64,000 nt of DNA from Candidatus Bathyarchaeia archaeon (GTDB taxonomy: Archaea > Thermoproteota > Bathyarchaeia > 40CM-2-53-6). Position numbers and translations under genes: made by a program. The stretch's first letter is position 1, and every line of letters begins with the position of its first letter. Of this stretch, positions 28,383-39,160 are shown piece by piece. A model generated the notes under the pieces. The model was not told the origin of the DNA and made no database searches. It was given only the letters and a program-made list of their open reading frames with translations. The stretch is from the NCBI GenBank assembly GCA_049513715.1, contig JBEKVV010000003.1, forward strand, positions 1-64,000, in the 5' to 3' direction.

Positions 28383-28547
28383 TCACTGCTTTTTTGTTAG
28401 GCCTGAGAATAAGGAATCGGTGCCCACCATTGGTTGGGGTGTGTACAGATGAGTGAATTTGCACTCACTGCAATAACCCATCCCACACTCCACGCAAAAA
28501 CCAATTGGCTTCTTGCCGCTACCGCATGGACACACTTCCGAACTCAA
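28383..28547 (-). CDS. 54-aa SEC-C/B-box-like Zn-finger protein
   Basis: MSSEVCPCGSGKKPIGFCVECGMGYCSECKFTH; manual translation. Confidence 0.65.
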   Translation of the reverse strand: MSSEVCPCGSGKKPIGFCVECGMGYCSECKFTHLYTPQPMVGTDSLFSGLTKKQ

Positions 28548-28638
28548 AGAACGCCACCAGTTCTGACTTCGAACCGCTACTTAGTTGAGGGTGTTTATGT
28601 TGTTTTATTTAACAGCCTTCCTTAATGCTTGGTAGGAG

Positions 28639-29100
28639 TTGGGATCCCTGCCGCTTGAGGAATATCTGAAATCAATGGGTGTTTGGTACAGGTTTGTTCC
28701 CAAACCGGAGACCGTTCACACCGCAGACGCATCCAAGGTTACCGGAATTGAGCTTGAAAGAATAACAAAAAACCTTGTCTGCAAAACCTTTGAAGGAAGC
28801 TACGCGCTGCTCATCATCCCAGGAAACCGAAGAGTGAACCTTCAGAAAGCCGCTCAGATTCTCAACGCACGAAACGTAAAGCTTCTTGGTTTCGGTGAAG
28901 CCGAATCTGTCAGCGGCTACCCACCCGGAGCAACCCCCTCAGTCTACCACAAAATGCCAATGAGAGTAATCTTAGACAAGAGCCTCACGGGTTTTGAAAC
29001 CATATTCTGCGGAGGAGGATCACGAGATTTGCTTCTTGAATTGAAGAAGGACGATGTTGTGAAGCTCAACAACGCAATAGTAGCGGATATTGTCGAATGA
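28639..29100 (+). CDS. YbaK/EbsC aminoacyl-tRNA editing domain protein
   Basis: ITKNLV, SGYPPGATP, CGGG. Confidence 0.88.
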   Translation: MGSLPLEEYLKSMGVWYRFVPKPETVHTADASKVTGIELERITKNLVCKTFEGSYALLIIPGNRRVNLQKAAQILNARNVKLLGFGEAESVSGYPPGATPSVYHKMPMRVILDKSLTGFETIFCGGGSRDLLLELKKDDVVKLNNAIVADIVE

Positions 29101-29198
29101 TGCCGGTGCGGGAGCCAAGTGTGACCGATCATATACGCCAACCACGTTTGGACTAATCTATATATGAAGACCGCATCGGACCGATCATCTCGTTCTCC

Positions 29199-30106
29199 AT
29201 GAAACTCTCAGAGATTAGTGGGATGAATTCTAAACGTATTGTTGCCGTACTTGTAACCTTGTTTGTGGTCGCGGGTGCAATCGTTGGATACATGAATCAG
29301 CTCCAAACTCCTAGTGCAGGCCCCGCTCCCCTAGGCATCGGTTATGAAATACCCGGCTCTGCCCAGTCCGCGGTCACTTTCTTGGCCACGACTTCTCCTG
29401 CCAAAGGAGTCCTCCCTGGAACGTATACGTCTTCATATGGTGACGCATGGTTGAGCTTCAAGCTCAACTGACTGTGCAGGTCGAAGATTCAAAATCCACT
29501 TCCACTATAATCATAACACTTGCATCATCCTTAGGCGGTTATGTGGCTGAATCATATTTTGACGAAGGCTCGTCAAGCTCGAACCTAGTTCTGCGCGTCC
29601 CACAAGAGAACTTCACGCTTGCGTTGAAGCAACTCGACGCTCTTGGCAAAGTAAAATCCCAGTCAATCTCAAGCAACGACGTCACTGAGCAATATGTGAA
29701 CTTGCAGGCTCAGTTGGGCGCATACAAAGCCGAAGAGCTAACCTTGCTTCGCATCCTCAACGCATCAAACACGGTCACGGATGCTCTGGCAACAGAAAAC
29801 GCAATTCGCGATGTACAGGCGCAGATTGATCAAATTGAAGGCACTCTTCTGGTAATGGACCGTCTCGTGGATTTTGCCACATTGAATGTTCAACTCATTC
29901 AACCGGCAGCGAGCCCAACGTTTGATTTCAACAATGCCATTCAATCCGCAATCCTAAGCTTCTACACGGTCGTGACAGGTATGATGATACTCGGCGCCTC
30001 AGTGCTACCTATCGCCATCGTCGGCGGTGTTGCGTACTATCCCTACCATCGATACTCCAAAAAGAAACAGAAAACGGCCGAGGCAAAGGTGAATGTCGGA
30101 AACTAA
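29199..30106 (+). pseudogene. DUF4349-like protein split by a frameshift near 29443
   Basis: N-terminal TM ORF 29199-29471 overlaps 29447-30106 (GGYV, LRVP, DVTEQY); one added base gives GDRMVELQ. Confidence 0.65.
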
Positions 30107-30752
30107 GAACGAGCTTGCGAAACTGAGAAGGCACCTTGCAATAGTCAACCTGATCCTGTTAGCAACGCTCGTTGTCGGGGCAGGAGCCACTCTCGTAACG
30201 CTGTACTTCGCGGCTTCGCCCACTATGGCGCCCCTTGGCGTTGCCGAAAACACCATATTGGGCTCTAAATCAACAACCGCATCAACTACCGAGACCCAAA
30301 CGACCCTTAACACGTCGTCAGAACAAGGACTCGGGCCCGTGCCGCTAACAATTGTCCAGATTCTGCCAGAAGCCTACGGTTACGTGGCTCTCTTCTCATG
30401 GACCGCTTTCTTCGGAGCGCTGATTTGGCGCGGACATATTCGCACAGTCTGGAGTAGAAGCCGTTTCAGTTACGACACGTTCAGGCTTCTAGTCCGAATG
30501 CGAGGAGCCCAAACACGCCTAAAGCTCATGCATTCTCTGAACGAGCCAAGAAACAAACTTCAACTCGCAACAACCTTGGGCATAGACTGGAAAGCCGTAG
30601 ACAGACACGTTCAAGTCCTGGAAGAGAAGGGCCTAATCCACACAACGATGACGAGCGGAACAGCAACCTTCTACGAAATTACTGACAAAGGAAAGACAGC
30701 ACTGGAGGTTCTCGAAGAACTGGGAACCCTCGAAACTGGGGAACAGGATTAG
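30093..30752 (+). CDS. Membrane-anchored winged-HTH regulator
   Basis: Two TMs, then MRGAQTR...PRNKLQLA...DWKAVDRH...ITDKG. Confidence 0.8.
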   Translation: MSETKNELAKLRRHLAIVNLILLATLVVGAGATLVTLYFAASPTMAPLGVAENTILGSKSTTASTTETQTTLNTSSEQGLGPVPLTIVQILPEAYGYVALFSWTAFFGALIWRGHIRTVWSRSRFSYDTFRLLVRMRGAQTRLKLMHSLNEPRNKLQLATTLGIDWKAVDRHVQVLEEKGLIHTTMTSGTATFYEITDKGKTALEVLEELGTLETGEQD

Positions 30753-30829
30753 GACGCAATCTTCGCTGATAGTTGAGAAGCACTTTCAATAGAACCATTC
30801 ACCCACTTCCCGTAAGGCTTGGGTGCCGA

Positions 30830-32149
30830 ATGGAGACTACTCACCGCCAAAAGTTACGCTCAGCCAAAGAAGCTGCTGAACTAATCAAATCAGGGGATCG
30901 TGTTGTCCTGGCCAACCTGTGCGCGGAGCCGCGCCTCCTACCAGATTCGCTGATGGATCGGGCGCCTGACATTCATGGCGTGAGGCTCTTTCAAATGAGA
31001 CCTCTTGGCGCCTTCATTCAGAGATGCTCCGAGCCTGGGATGGAGGAGCATGTGAAATGGGCAACCGCCTTCACTGGAGGAGTGGGACAGATCAACAGGC
31101 TGATCAAGGACGGGCGAGCAGACTTCTACCCTATCCCACTAAGCAAGATACCTTGGCTTTTCAGGTCGGGAACGTTTCGGCCGGATGTATTCATGGGAAC
31201 AGTATCGCCCCCAGACAACCAAGGCTACTGCAGCCTAGGCGTGTCAGTTGACTATGCACACGCAGCAATGGAAACCGCGAAGACCGTGATCGTGGAAGTC
31301 AATGAAAATATGCCCAGGACTGGTGGCGATTCCCTCGTTCACGTCTCTGACATTGACTATTTCGTTGAATCTGACGAACCCATCTACGAACTACCCCCAG
31401 CTGAGAAAACGGGCTTGGAGGAGAAGCTGGCGGAAAACGTGGCCGGCTTGGTGGATGATGGCGCGACCATTCAAATAGGTTGGGGCGCGGTATCTGAATC
31501 AATTCCCCCATTCCTGAAGGAAAAAAGGAATCTGGGGATGCACAGTGAGATGTTCCCAGCGAGCGCCGTCACTCTCGTTGAGGAAGGGGCGTTAACCTGC
31601 CAAAGGATGGCAATCAACAAAGGAAAAATCGTTTGCGCGTTCGCCGCAGGTGGCAAGGAGACTTATGATTGGTTGAACGAGAACTCAATGATACAGATGA
31701 AGCATCTCGACTATACGAACGACAGCAGGGTCATCGCCATGAACCATAAGATGACCACGATCAACGCGGCCCTACAGGTTGATTTGTACGGGAACGTTTA
31801 CGCCGACATGTTGGGGTTCGACCAATATTCTGGAGCTGGCGGGCAACCTGACTTCATCCTCGGCGCCCAGTTATGCCCGGAGGGGAAGTCAATCATCGTG
31901 TTGCCCTCCACCGCTTTGAACGGGAAAGCGTCACGTATAGTGTCACATCCATCCTTGACGGGAAACCCAAAAGCTCCCGCCATTCCAACAATTGCTAGGT
32001 TCCATGCGGACTATGTGGTCACCGAGCTCGGCGTTGCATCCCTGAAAGATAAGACGACCAGGGAGAGAGCAAAGGAGCTTGTGAAGATAGCGCATCCCGA
32101 CTTCATGGACGCCCTGTACACTGATGGACGAAAGCTAAACCTATCTTAG
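30830..32149 (+). CDS. Acetyl-CoA hydrolase / 4-hydroxybutyrate CoA-transferase family
   Basis: SLGVSVDY, EVNENMPRT, HSEM, GGQPDF, VVTE.G. Confidence 0.92.
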   Translation: METTHRQKLRSAKEAAELIKSGDRVVLANLCAEPRLLPDSLMDRAPDIHGVRLFQMRPLGAFIQRCSEPGMEEHVKWATAFTGGVGQINRLIKDGRADFYPIPLSKIPWLFRSGTFRPDVFMGTVSPPDNQGYCSLGVSVDYAHAAMETAKTVIVEVNENMPRTGGDSLVHVSDIDYFVESDEPIYELPPAEKTGLEEKLAENVAGLVDDGATIQIGWGAVSESIPPFLKEKRNLGMHSEMFPASAVTLVEEGALTCQRMAINKGKIVCAFAAGGKETYDWLNENSMIQMKHLDYTNDSRVIAMNHKMTTINAALQVDLYGNVYADMLGFDQYSGAGGQPDFILGAQLCPEGKSIIVLPSTALNGKASRIVSHPSLTGNPKAPAIPTIARFHADYVVTELGVASLKDKTTRERAKELVKIAHPDFMDALYTDGRKLNLS

Positions 32150-32213
32150 CCCTGTCAATCCATGAGCACGTCGCGACACGATTTGGCGTTGCTAATTCGA
32201 AACAATCCTTTTA

Positions 32214-32241
32214 TGTAGTCGTCATGTACTACACGACTACA
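32214..32241. promoter_or_regulatory. Inverted-repeat operator candidate TGTAGTCGT-N10-ACGACTACA
   Basis: Perfect 9-bp arms between a TTTTAT box and ATG 32243. Confidence 0.5.
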
Positions 32242-32242
32242 G

Positions 32243-32350
32243 ATGATCGAAATGGACTTCGACGGATTAGAGGAACTGTTCGACGAAGGCGCATACCAAA
32301 AGCATGAGCCCTTCGACCTGCGAAGAATCATAGCCTCACTCCTAATTTAG
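32243..32350 (+). CDS. 35-aa acidic peptide
   Basis: MIEMDFDGLEELFDEGAYQKHEPFDLRRIIASLLI; TATA-like box ~30 nt upstream. Confidence 0.5.
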   Translation: MIEMDFDGLEELFDEGAYQKHEPFDLRRIIASLLI

Positions 32351-32506
32351 AGTGAACCCGATAGCAACCCATAGAACAAGTCCTCAAAACCAAATACGAA
32401 GCTTCCATACAACCTGTCAGTACTTTCATCCTTCAGCTAGAAGCAGTTAACTTCTTCAGCTGATATTTATCACGCTGATAATCGGCCAGCTTTCTAGATC
32501 TGGAAC

Positions 32507-32758
32507 TCAGGCGACGTGACCGAACCTGAAGCTTGCTATGGCCCGGCAATTAGTGCAAGTCGCATAACCCAACTTGTTTACTGTGAACTTGCTCTTGGTA
32601 CCACACGCCTGACAGATCATCGTGAAGCCCTTCAATTTTCCAGAATCTGGGTCTACGGGCGGTATTCTCTTGGTGGCCTGTCTAGCGGCGACAGCTGTCG
32701 CTTGTTTCTGTTGTTCGTTCAGTTTGCGTACGTAGGATGTGGGGAGTTTGCGGGGCAA
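32507..32758 (-). CDS. Small Zn-ribbon protein
   Basis: CQAC...CTNC. Confidence 0.6.
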   Translation of the reverse strand: MPRKLPTSYVRKLNEQQKQATAVAARQATKRIPPVDPDSGKLKGFTMICQACGTKSKFTVNKLGYATCTNCRAIASFRFGHVA

Positions 32759-32772
32759 GAAGTAGGCCTAGC

Positions 32773-33081
32773 TTAGGCGAATTTGGAGATTAGGCCCAGC
32801 ACCCCACCTAGCAGAACCAGAAGCCCACCGATTCCGCCGCCAACAACGCCAATAATGATGAGAATTATGGCCCACACAAGCTCACTCGCATGCTTGGCAC
32901 CCACGATTGCGATGATACCCAAGATCAAAGGCACAAGAAGCCCTAACCCAAACATCATACCAGGCAAGAGCGACCCGAAGGGCAGGGTGTATTGATGACC
33001 CAGCAGACCAAGAAGACTAAGCAGAACCATCACGATTCCGCCGATCAAAGCCAAGTAATACGCTGCTTGATGAAGTGCCAT
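32773..33081 (-). CDS. Small Gly-rich membrane protein
   Basis: 3-4 TMs, GGLLVLLGG. Confidence 0.75.
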   Translation of the reverse strand: MALHQAAYYLALIGGIVMVLLSLLGLLGHQYTLPFGSLLPGMMFGLGLLVPLILGIIAIVGAKHASELVWAIILIIIGVVGGGIGGLLVLLGGVLGLISKFA

Positions 33082-33221
33082 GTTTGCCAAGTACATCAAC
33101 CCTAAATTGGAATTTTCAATAATCAGCCCTCTGCATCTTTAAGATTTGCGGCACATCTTCCACTTTGCAGCGCTCCTCGGTACGCTGTGTGCAAATGCAT
33201 TAAATAGTCAGGGGACGTGCG

Positions 33222-34709
33222 TTGGCACTCATGTCTAAGAACGCGTTCGTTCAGGATGTTCTCGAAAAGTACAAGCCCATCTGGGCACTTGACCATGCTA
33301 GTGGATTGCTTGAGTGGGACATTGAAACCTACATGCCCGTAGGCGCCTCGAAACCTAGGGGTTTCGCGCAAGCCCAGTTGACGTTGATGAAACAGGAAAG
33401 AGTAACGAACTTCGCCAGCCTCGTTGCGAAAGCTGAGAAGCAAAGTGACCTTACAGATTATGACAGAGGAGTTCTCAGAATCATCAAGCGGGATTTACAT
33501 TACTACACACGAGTGCCGCCGAGCCTTTTGGAAGATTTGCAGAGAACGGCCACGGAGGCGACAGTGGTTTGGAGGGACGCGAGGAAGAAGGCAGATTTCG
33601 GCAAGTTCAAGCCGTACCTGGAGAAGATTGTGGACCTGAAGCGACAGGAGGCAGAGAAGCTAGGCTACCAAGGGCATCCTTACAATGCGCTGATGGACCG
33701 ATTCGAGGAAGAACTCACAACCACCGACGTTGACAAGGTTTTCTCAGCACTCGTTCCCAATCTGAAACGAATTCTCAAGAAAGTCCTAGATGAGGGAAAA
33801 TACCCGACCAGCCACCCATTGGAGTCGGCCACTTATGAAGAAGCGCCGATGCGCCGGGTGAATGAGGAAGTTCTCAAAATCCTCAACATGCCCGAGAGAA
33901 CGTTCCGGATGGATGTTTCCACGCACCCCTTCACGGCGGGCATGGCGACGGAGGATGTGCGGATCACAACACGGTACGAAGGGAAGAGCTTCAAAGACAG
34001 CATGTACTCCGTCATACATGAATGTGGGCACGCGATTTACGAGTTGCAAGTTAATCCTGATCTGGATTACACGCCACTCGGCAGAGGATCATCGCTGGGC
34101 GTTCACGAATCGCAATCGAGGTTCTGGGAGAACTTCGTGGGAAGAAGCAGAGAATTCACAAAACTCGTCTACCCGACATTGAAGAAGAATCTCTCATTCA
34201 CTTCAAGCTATAGCGAGGAGGACATGTACAAGTACTTCAACACCGTGAAACCAAGCCTAATCCGCGTCGAAGCCGACGAGCTGACCTACAACTTCCACAT
34301 AGTCCTCCGCTATGAGATTGAAAAGAAACTGATCGGTGGAGAGGTGAAGGTTTCGGAGGCGCCGGCCTTGTGGAACAACATGATGGAAGAGTTCGTGGGC
34401 GTTCGACCCGAAAATGACGGCGTGGGGATTCTGCAAGATGTGCATTGGAGCGGCGGTATGTTCGGCTACTTCCCAACCTACTCCCTTGGAAACGTGATCG
34501 GCGGAATGATTTACGACCGAATCCAGAAAGACATTGACATCAAAAAGACCGTTGGCGCCGGCGACCTAGGACGCATCAAAGCGTGGCTCCGAGAGCACAT
34601 ACACAAGTTGGGAGCAACGTACTCACCCAAAGACCTGCAGCAACGTGAACTCGGCGAAACCTACAACCCAGAGCATTTGGTAAAGTACTTGGAACAAAAG
34701 TACCTCTAG
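33222..34709 (+). CDS. Carboxypeptidase M32 (Taq type)
   Basis: HPF, HECGH, HESQSR, IRVEADE, QDVHW, GYFPTY. Confidence 0.96.
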   Translation: MALMSKNAFVQDVLEKYKPIWALDHASGLLEWDIETYMPVGASKPRGFAQAQLTLMKQERVTNFASLVAKAEKQSDLTDYDRGVLRIIKRDLHYYTRVPPSLLEDLQRTATEATVVWRDARKKADFGKFKPYLEKIVDLKRQEAEKLGYQGHPYNALMDRFEEELTTTDVDKVFSALVPNLKRILKKVLDEGKYPTSHPLESATYEEAPMRRVNEEVLKILNMPERTFRMDVSTHPFTAGMATEDVRITTRYEGKSFKDSMYSVIHECGHAIYELQVNPDLDYTPLGRGSSLGVHESQSRFWENFVGRSREFTKLVYPTLKKNLSFTSSYSEEDMYKYFNTVKPSLIRVEADELTYNFHIVLRYEIEKKLIGGEVKVSEAPALWNNMMEEFVGVRPENDGVGILQDVHWSGGMFGYFPTYSLGNVIGGMIYDRIQKDIDIKKTVGAGDLGRIKAWLREHIHKLGATYSPKDLQQRELGETYNPEHLVKYLEQKYL

Positions 34710-34772
34710 CGGTGAGTGGCTGAGTAACCGTCTTCATCGGAGGACGACCACTCGAGCCGAAAAAGGGAGAGC

Positions 34773-35999
34773 CTATTCGTATTTCAGAGCAACTACTGCT
34801 TTCATTCTTGAAGCCCGTCGTGCGGGGTACAATCCTGCGAGCACTGAGATAGCGATTGGGAAAAGCAGCGCGAATAGTATCAGGTCAGCTGTGAATACGG
34901 GTTCTGTAGTAGATGCTCCGCTGCTCATTGGCCCGCCTCCCCCGCCTCCCATCGGCATCATGCCGCCAATGAGGAACGAAAGGAAATAGCCGAGGATGGT
35001 TCCTAGAAGCCCTCCAATTGCTCCGGTCACAACGGCCTCTGAGAGGAATATACTGAGAATCTGCCCGCTTTGGTATCCAAGAGCTTTTAGCACGCCTATT
35101 TCGCGAGTTCGTTCCATGACTGAGACGAACATCGTGTTAGTGATACCGACGGCGGCAACGAACAATGAGATACCGCCTATGGCTCCGAGAAAGACAGTCA
35201 TCTGTGATGAAACTGATTGAATACTTGATACGATCGAGCCTGCGTTCATCACGCGCACATTGCTTCCGTACTGACTTTCTATTGCTGCTTGAACGGAAGA
35301 GACTTCGTCAGCCGTGGTGGTTATCACGTAGAATCCTGAGTAGTATGACGTTTTCAGGAATAGTTGTCCTGCCTGCATGCTGATGAATATGGTATCGTCA
35401 ATGTTTGAGAAGAGCACACGCCCGTATGGAGATAATATTCCCTTGACTATGAAGGCCAAGCTTCCGCCGCCTGAAAGGGTCACTGAAACCATTTGATTGA
35501 CTTCTATCTGAACACTGGAACCCGTCGGAGCGGCTAGATCGCTACCTATGGCTGCTGCAGTCGTGTCGGTTTGGGTTGGATATGCACCGTCAGACAGTCC
35601 GATCCCCTTGTACAGGTCGGACAATTTGCTCAGATCAATGCCTTCGATTTCTCCTTCAATTGCAGTTCCGCCAACGGTAACCGTCGCTCGCGTGTCGTAG
35701 TAAGGAATTACTTCTGCCACCCCGGTGATTGCGGTCAATATTCTGACATCGTTTTGGGAAAGCTGGTATTGTGTCCGGCTTCCGCTGCTGAAGGAGCTGC
35801 TTGCGGAATTCACAACCAGCGTGTTCGCCCCGATTTTGCCCATTGATGCAGATATTCCTGCACTTAGCCCGTTTGAGCTTGCGATGAGCGCCACGATCAC
35901 CGCGGCACCAATCATGATACCTACAATGGTCAGTGCGCTCCTCATCTTTCTGTCCAGAAGGGCTTTGATAGCCAACCTGAAAACATCAGAAACGAACAT
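34773..35999 (-). CDS. MacB/FtsX-type ABC permease
   Basis: RSALTIVGI, SVMERTREIG, YPARRAS. Confidence 0.93.
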   Translation of the reverse strand: MFVSDVFRLAIKALLDRKMRSALTIVGIMIGAAVIVALIASSNGLSAGISASMGKIGANTLVVNSASSSFSSGSRTQYQLSQNDVRILTAITGVAEVIPYYDTRATVTVGGTAIEGEIEGIDLSKLSDLYKGIGLSDGAYPTQTDTTAAAIGSDLAAPTGSSVQIEVNQMVSVTLSGGGSLAFIVKGILSPYGRVLFSNIDDTIFISMQAGQLFLKTSYYSGFYVITTTADEVSSVQAAIESQYGSNVRVMNAGSIVSSIQSVSSQMTVFLGAIGGISLFVAAVGITNTMFVSVMERTREIGVLKALGYQSGQILSIFLSEAVVTGAIGGLLGTILGYFLSFLIGGMMPMGGGGGGPMSSGASTTEPVFTADLILFALLFPIAISVLAGLYPARRASRMKAVVALKYE

Positions 36000-36004
36000 G
36001 CCAA

Positions 36005-36730
36005 TCAGCTCGCGAATGCGTCGATCCTCTGAAACCGCTGGTCCTTCTCAACCATGCCATCTTTCAGAACAATGACACGGTGAGTTGCGCCTGAAACCTC
36101 AGGATTGTGCGTGACTATGACAAAGGTGGTGCCAATCCTCTTGTTCACTTCAGTGATGTAATTGAGCACCTCACGAGTAGTCTTGGAGTCCAAGTTTCCT
36201 GTCGGCTCGTCCGCTATCACAAGCGCGGGCTCTGTCACCAACGCTCTGGCAATGGCGACGCGCTGCTGTTCTCCTCCGCTCAGCTCGGTTGGGCGTTTAC
36301 GCGCCTTCTGAACTAATCCCACTGCACTAAGTAGTTTGATTGCTTTGATACGTCGGATTTTCCTAGGCATCGTTCTTGTGATGAGTGGCATTTCCACGTT
36401 TTCGATGGCAGTCAATCGGCTAATGAGGTTAAAGGATTGGTAAACGAACCCGATTTTTCTGTTGCGGACTTTCGCCAATTGATCATCAGATAGTTTGCGC
36501 AAGTCAATGCCATCAATCCTCACTCTACCAGCAGTTGGCCTGTCAAGAGTTCCGATGATGTTTAGCAGCGTGGATTTTCCACTGCCGGAAGGCCCAACGA
36601 TCGAAACTAATTCTCCGCGCTCTATCTTCACACTCACTCCTCCAAGAGCAGGATAGTCTACGTGACCGACTCTGTAGACTTTGGTGACTTCTGTCGTTTC
36701 AACCGACGGAACTGCTCCAGCAAGACCCAT
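36005..36730 (-). CDS. LolD/MacB-type ABC ATPase
   Basis: [26 protein letters not shown]. Confidence 0.95.
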   Translation of the reverse strand: MGLAGAVPSVETTEVTKVYRVGHVDYPALGGVSVKIERGELVSIVGPSGSGKSTLLNIIGTLDRPTAGRVRIDGIDLRKLSDDQLAKVRNRKIGFVYQSFNLISRLTAIENVEMPLITRTMPRKIRRIKAIKLLSAVGLVQKARKRPTELSGGEQQRVAIARALVTEPALVIADEPTGNLDSKTTREVLNYITEVNKRIGTTFVIVTHNPEVSGATHRVIVLKDGMVEKDQRFQRIDAFAS

Positions 36731-36866
36731 TTTCAAATCACATCTTTCGCAATTCGTCGTTTGGCGCAGCTGGAGCGATTTAAGGGGGCGCCACTCGTGG
36801 TGTGCACCGAAGATGAATTCCAATTATAAGCGAATTAACTGCACAACGCGATCGCTGTGAAAGAAT

Positions 36867-37085
36867 TTGGCCCAGACATTCCACCCCCAAGAAGGCGATG
36901 GAAGGAAAGCAGATCAATTGGGCCTAGTAGGGATCTACACTTGTCTCCTATGCGAAGAAAGCTTCAGCACGAAAGTTGAACTGAAGCTGCATTATTGCAG
37001 CGCGCATTGGGAATGCATACCCGACTATGAAGGTGGCAAGAATATCCACCCGTCGTCTCACTTATCCCCCGACCCTGTGGACTAA
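36867..37085 (+). CDS. C2H2 Zn-finger micro-protein
   Basis: YTCLLCEESF...LKLHYCSAH. Confidence 0.55.
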   Translation: MAQTFHPQEGDGRKADQLGLVGIYTCLLCEESFSTKVELKLHYCSAHWECIPDYEGGKNIHPSSHLSPDPVD

Positions 37086-37139
37086 TCATAGTGAGATCTT
37101 GAAAGCGCTAAGTTATGCGCTTTAGGCTGAGAATCCACG

Positions 37140-38063
37140 TCATTGAACACGACTTGATTCTGCAGGTTCCATTTCTCTCAACAGACCAATCCTCCTCTTG
37201 AGGTTGGGGTGTTTGCTCAGAATCTCCAGCGTGCGTCTCTCACCATCCAAGCAGCATGCGAAGGTTCCAGCGATGTTCCCGGACGAATTGGCTTCCTGAA
37301 GCTTCGCCAGAGCAGAGATTAGCGGCCCAGGTCCGCCAATCAGAGCTGCCGCTGCCCTATCCGCAGTCAACTCGCGTGCTCTATAGAAAGCAGCTTCGAC
37401 TAGGTAGCTTAGAACTCTAGCGAAAAGCGCAATTTTGGCGACTGTTACAATTGATCTCAACGCGAAGTCCCTATTCTTGATGTGACAGATTTCATGGGCG
37501 AGGCACGCCTCAACCTCAGCAGGTTCGAACGACTCTAGGAGTCCTACGGACACGGCGATTGTATATGCGCGTCGCGTGCGAACTGTGAACGCTGAGGGTA
37601 ACCCAGAGTCCAGCAGAACGATTCCGGGACACTTGATTCTTGCACTCGCTGCGAGCCTGTGGGTCATCTGTATCAAGTCGTTCGCAGGTTTGGAGAAGGT
37701 CAAGTTGGGAAACGCCCGGAATAAGTCGAGTCTCGAGCGCACTAACTCAATGTAGAGCGCACCAAGAATGGCTGCGATTGCCCCCAATTCGGCCAAATGC
37801 AAATCCACACCAAAAAGCATCTGAAACAGCCAAACGCCGGGCGCATTGGCGTCTGGATGCACAAAGTAAAGGACGAACACGAATAGAATACACTGGACGA
37901 ACAGAACTCCCATAATTCCCATCAGAGCGAGAGCTTTGCGGCGGAAGTTGCGCGTTATGACAGAGACCAAGCCGAGCACTATGAAGAGAATCGCAACTGT
38001 GATCGGCAAGGGCGGGCCAACTAGAAGCCACGAGAGAATCACCAAGAATACTGGATTAATCAC
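37140..38063 (-). CDS. M48 (HtpX-like) membrane metalloprotease
   Basis: AHEICH, RELTAD, HP. Confidence 0.88.
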   Translation of the reverse strand: MINPVFLVILSWLLVGPPLPITVAILFIVLGLVSVITRNFRRKALALMGIMGVLFVQCILFVFVLYFVHPDANAPGVWLFQMLFGVDLHLAELGAIAAILGALYIELVRSRLDLFRAFPNLTFSKPANDLIQMTHRLAASARIKCPGIVLLDSGLPSAFTVRTRRAYTIAVSVGLLESFEPAEVEACLAHEICHIKNRDFALRSIVTVAKIALFARVLSYLVEAAFYRARELTADRAAAALIGGPGPLISALAKLQEANSSGNIAGTFACCLDGERRTLEILSKHPNLKRRIGLLREMEPAESSRVQ

Positions 38064-38119
38064 TTTCAGAGCACCTAGAAACGGCCTTCATTCAGGAGCT
38101 TCGTTCGATGTAGCTTGGG

Positions 38120-38506
38120 CTACGACTTTTCGTCGGGAAGAAGCTGCTTTTCTAGCGTATCTAGCTTTTCGAACCTGTCGCCCCACCGGGAAACGAATTT
38201 TCGTTGCTTGTGCCAAACGTTGAGAGACCACAAGACCGCAGCCAACGCTGCGAGTAGACCTAACAGATCAAACAGATTTGGTACAAAGAATGGAGGAGGG
38301 GGATGGCCAAATGGGGGCGGATTGAATGGAGGTGGCCCGAAATTCCCGAACACGAAGATGAGGAAACGTGACAGAAAGATCAGCAATACGATCGAGCCGA
38401 TGAGGTTCACCTTTGCTTGGAAGCGGAACCGCTTAAATTCTTTCGAAGCCTCCTCCAAGAACGCGTGAAGCCCACTTACAGGATAGTCGTCTCTCTTTTC
38501 TGACAT
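38120..38506 (-). CDS. Two-TM protein with Pro-rich loop
   Basis: TM-PPPFNPPPFGHPPPP-TM. Confidence 0.7.
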   Translation of the reverse strand: MSEKRDDYPVSGLHAFLEEASKEFKRFRFQAKVNLIGSIVLLIFLSRFLIFVFGNFGPPPFNPPPFGHPPPPFFVPNLFDLLGLLAALAAVLWSLNVWHKQRKFVSRWGDRFEKLDTLEKQLLPDEKS

Positions 38507-38576
38507 GGCTAACTACTTCCCAGGTTGTGGGAGAAGCGGGCTATAGGTCTAGTTCACCACAGGTGCATTTTCAGGT

Positions 38577-38900
38577 TCAGAGAATCGAAGGGAGCGTTTC
38601 TCTGAGCTTAACGTAAACATCCTTTCCCGCGGCGGACATGCGAATTCCTCCGTCTGATTCTTCAACAAACCCCTTGCCTTTCAAGTATCCTAGGTATTTT
38701 TGGAAGTCATCGTAGGATAGTTGAGTTGCATGCCGCCAGAGCGCCGTCCTAGAATGCGCGCCTGCATTATAGTACAGATATTCAAGAATCTCGAATCTTA
38801 TCTGCACCGGGGATTTTCTGCTTGGCCGCGGGGCCTTTTCGAGATCAGTCAAAGTGTCCGACTCTGCAACAGGCTCGGCTACCTTAGACAGCGAGGACAC
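38577..38900 (-). CDS. Winged-HTH protein
   Basis: EILEYL, LSYDDFQKYLGYL..KG, SAAG. Confidence 0.75.
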   Translation of the reverse strand: MSSLSKVAEPVAESDTLTDLEKAPRPSRKSPVQIRFEILEYLYYNAGAHSRTALWRHATQLSYDDFQKYLGYLKGKGFVEESDGGIRMSAAGKDVYVKLRETLPSIL

Positions 38901-39160
38901 TTGGGAAACGCAGCATAAAAGAAAGACCCAGCCACCCGACTGCCCACATACGCTGACCTGAATGAATCAAGACATCACCGTCACAAAATGGAAAACACGA
39001 GTAAGAAAAAAGAGGAATCGAAATCCTATCTGGAATCCACTAGAGTTTTCTCCTCATCGTATCGTAGTATGCGCCAACCTTCCAAGCCAAGTAGGCCCCC
39101 GACACAACGGATGCAAGTCCGAGTAAGAGTGGAACGGCCTCGAACAAGCCGAAGATACGC

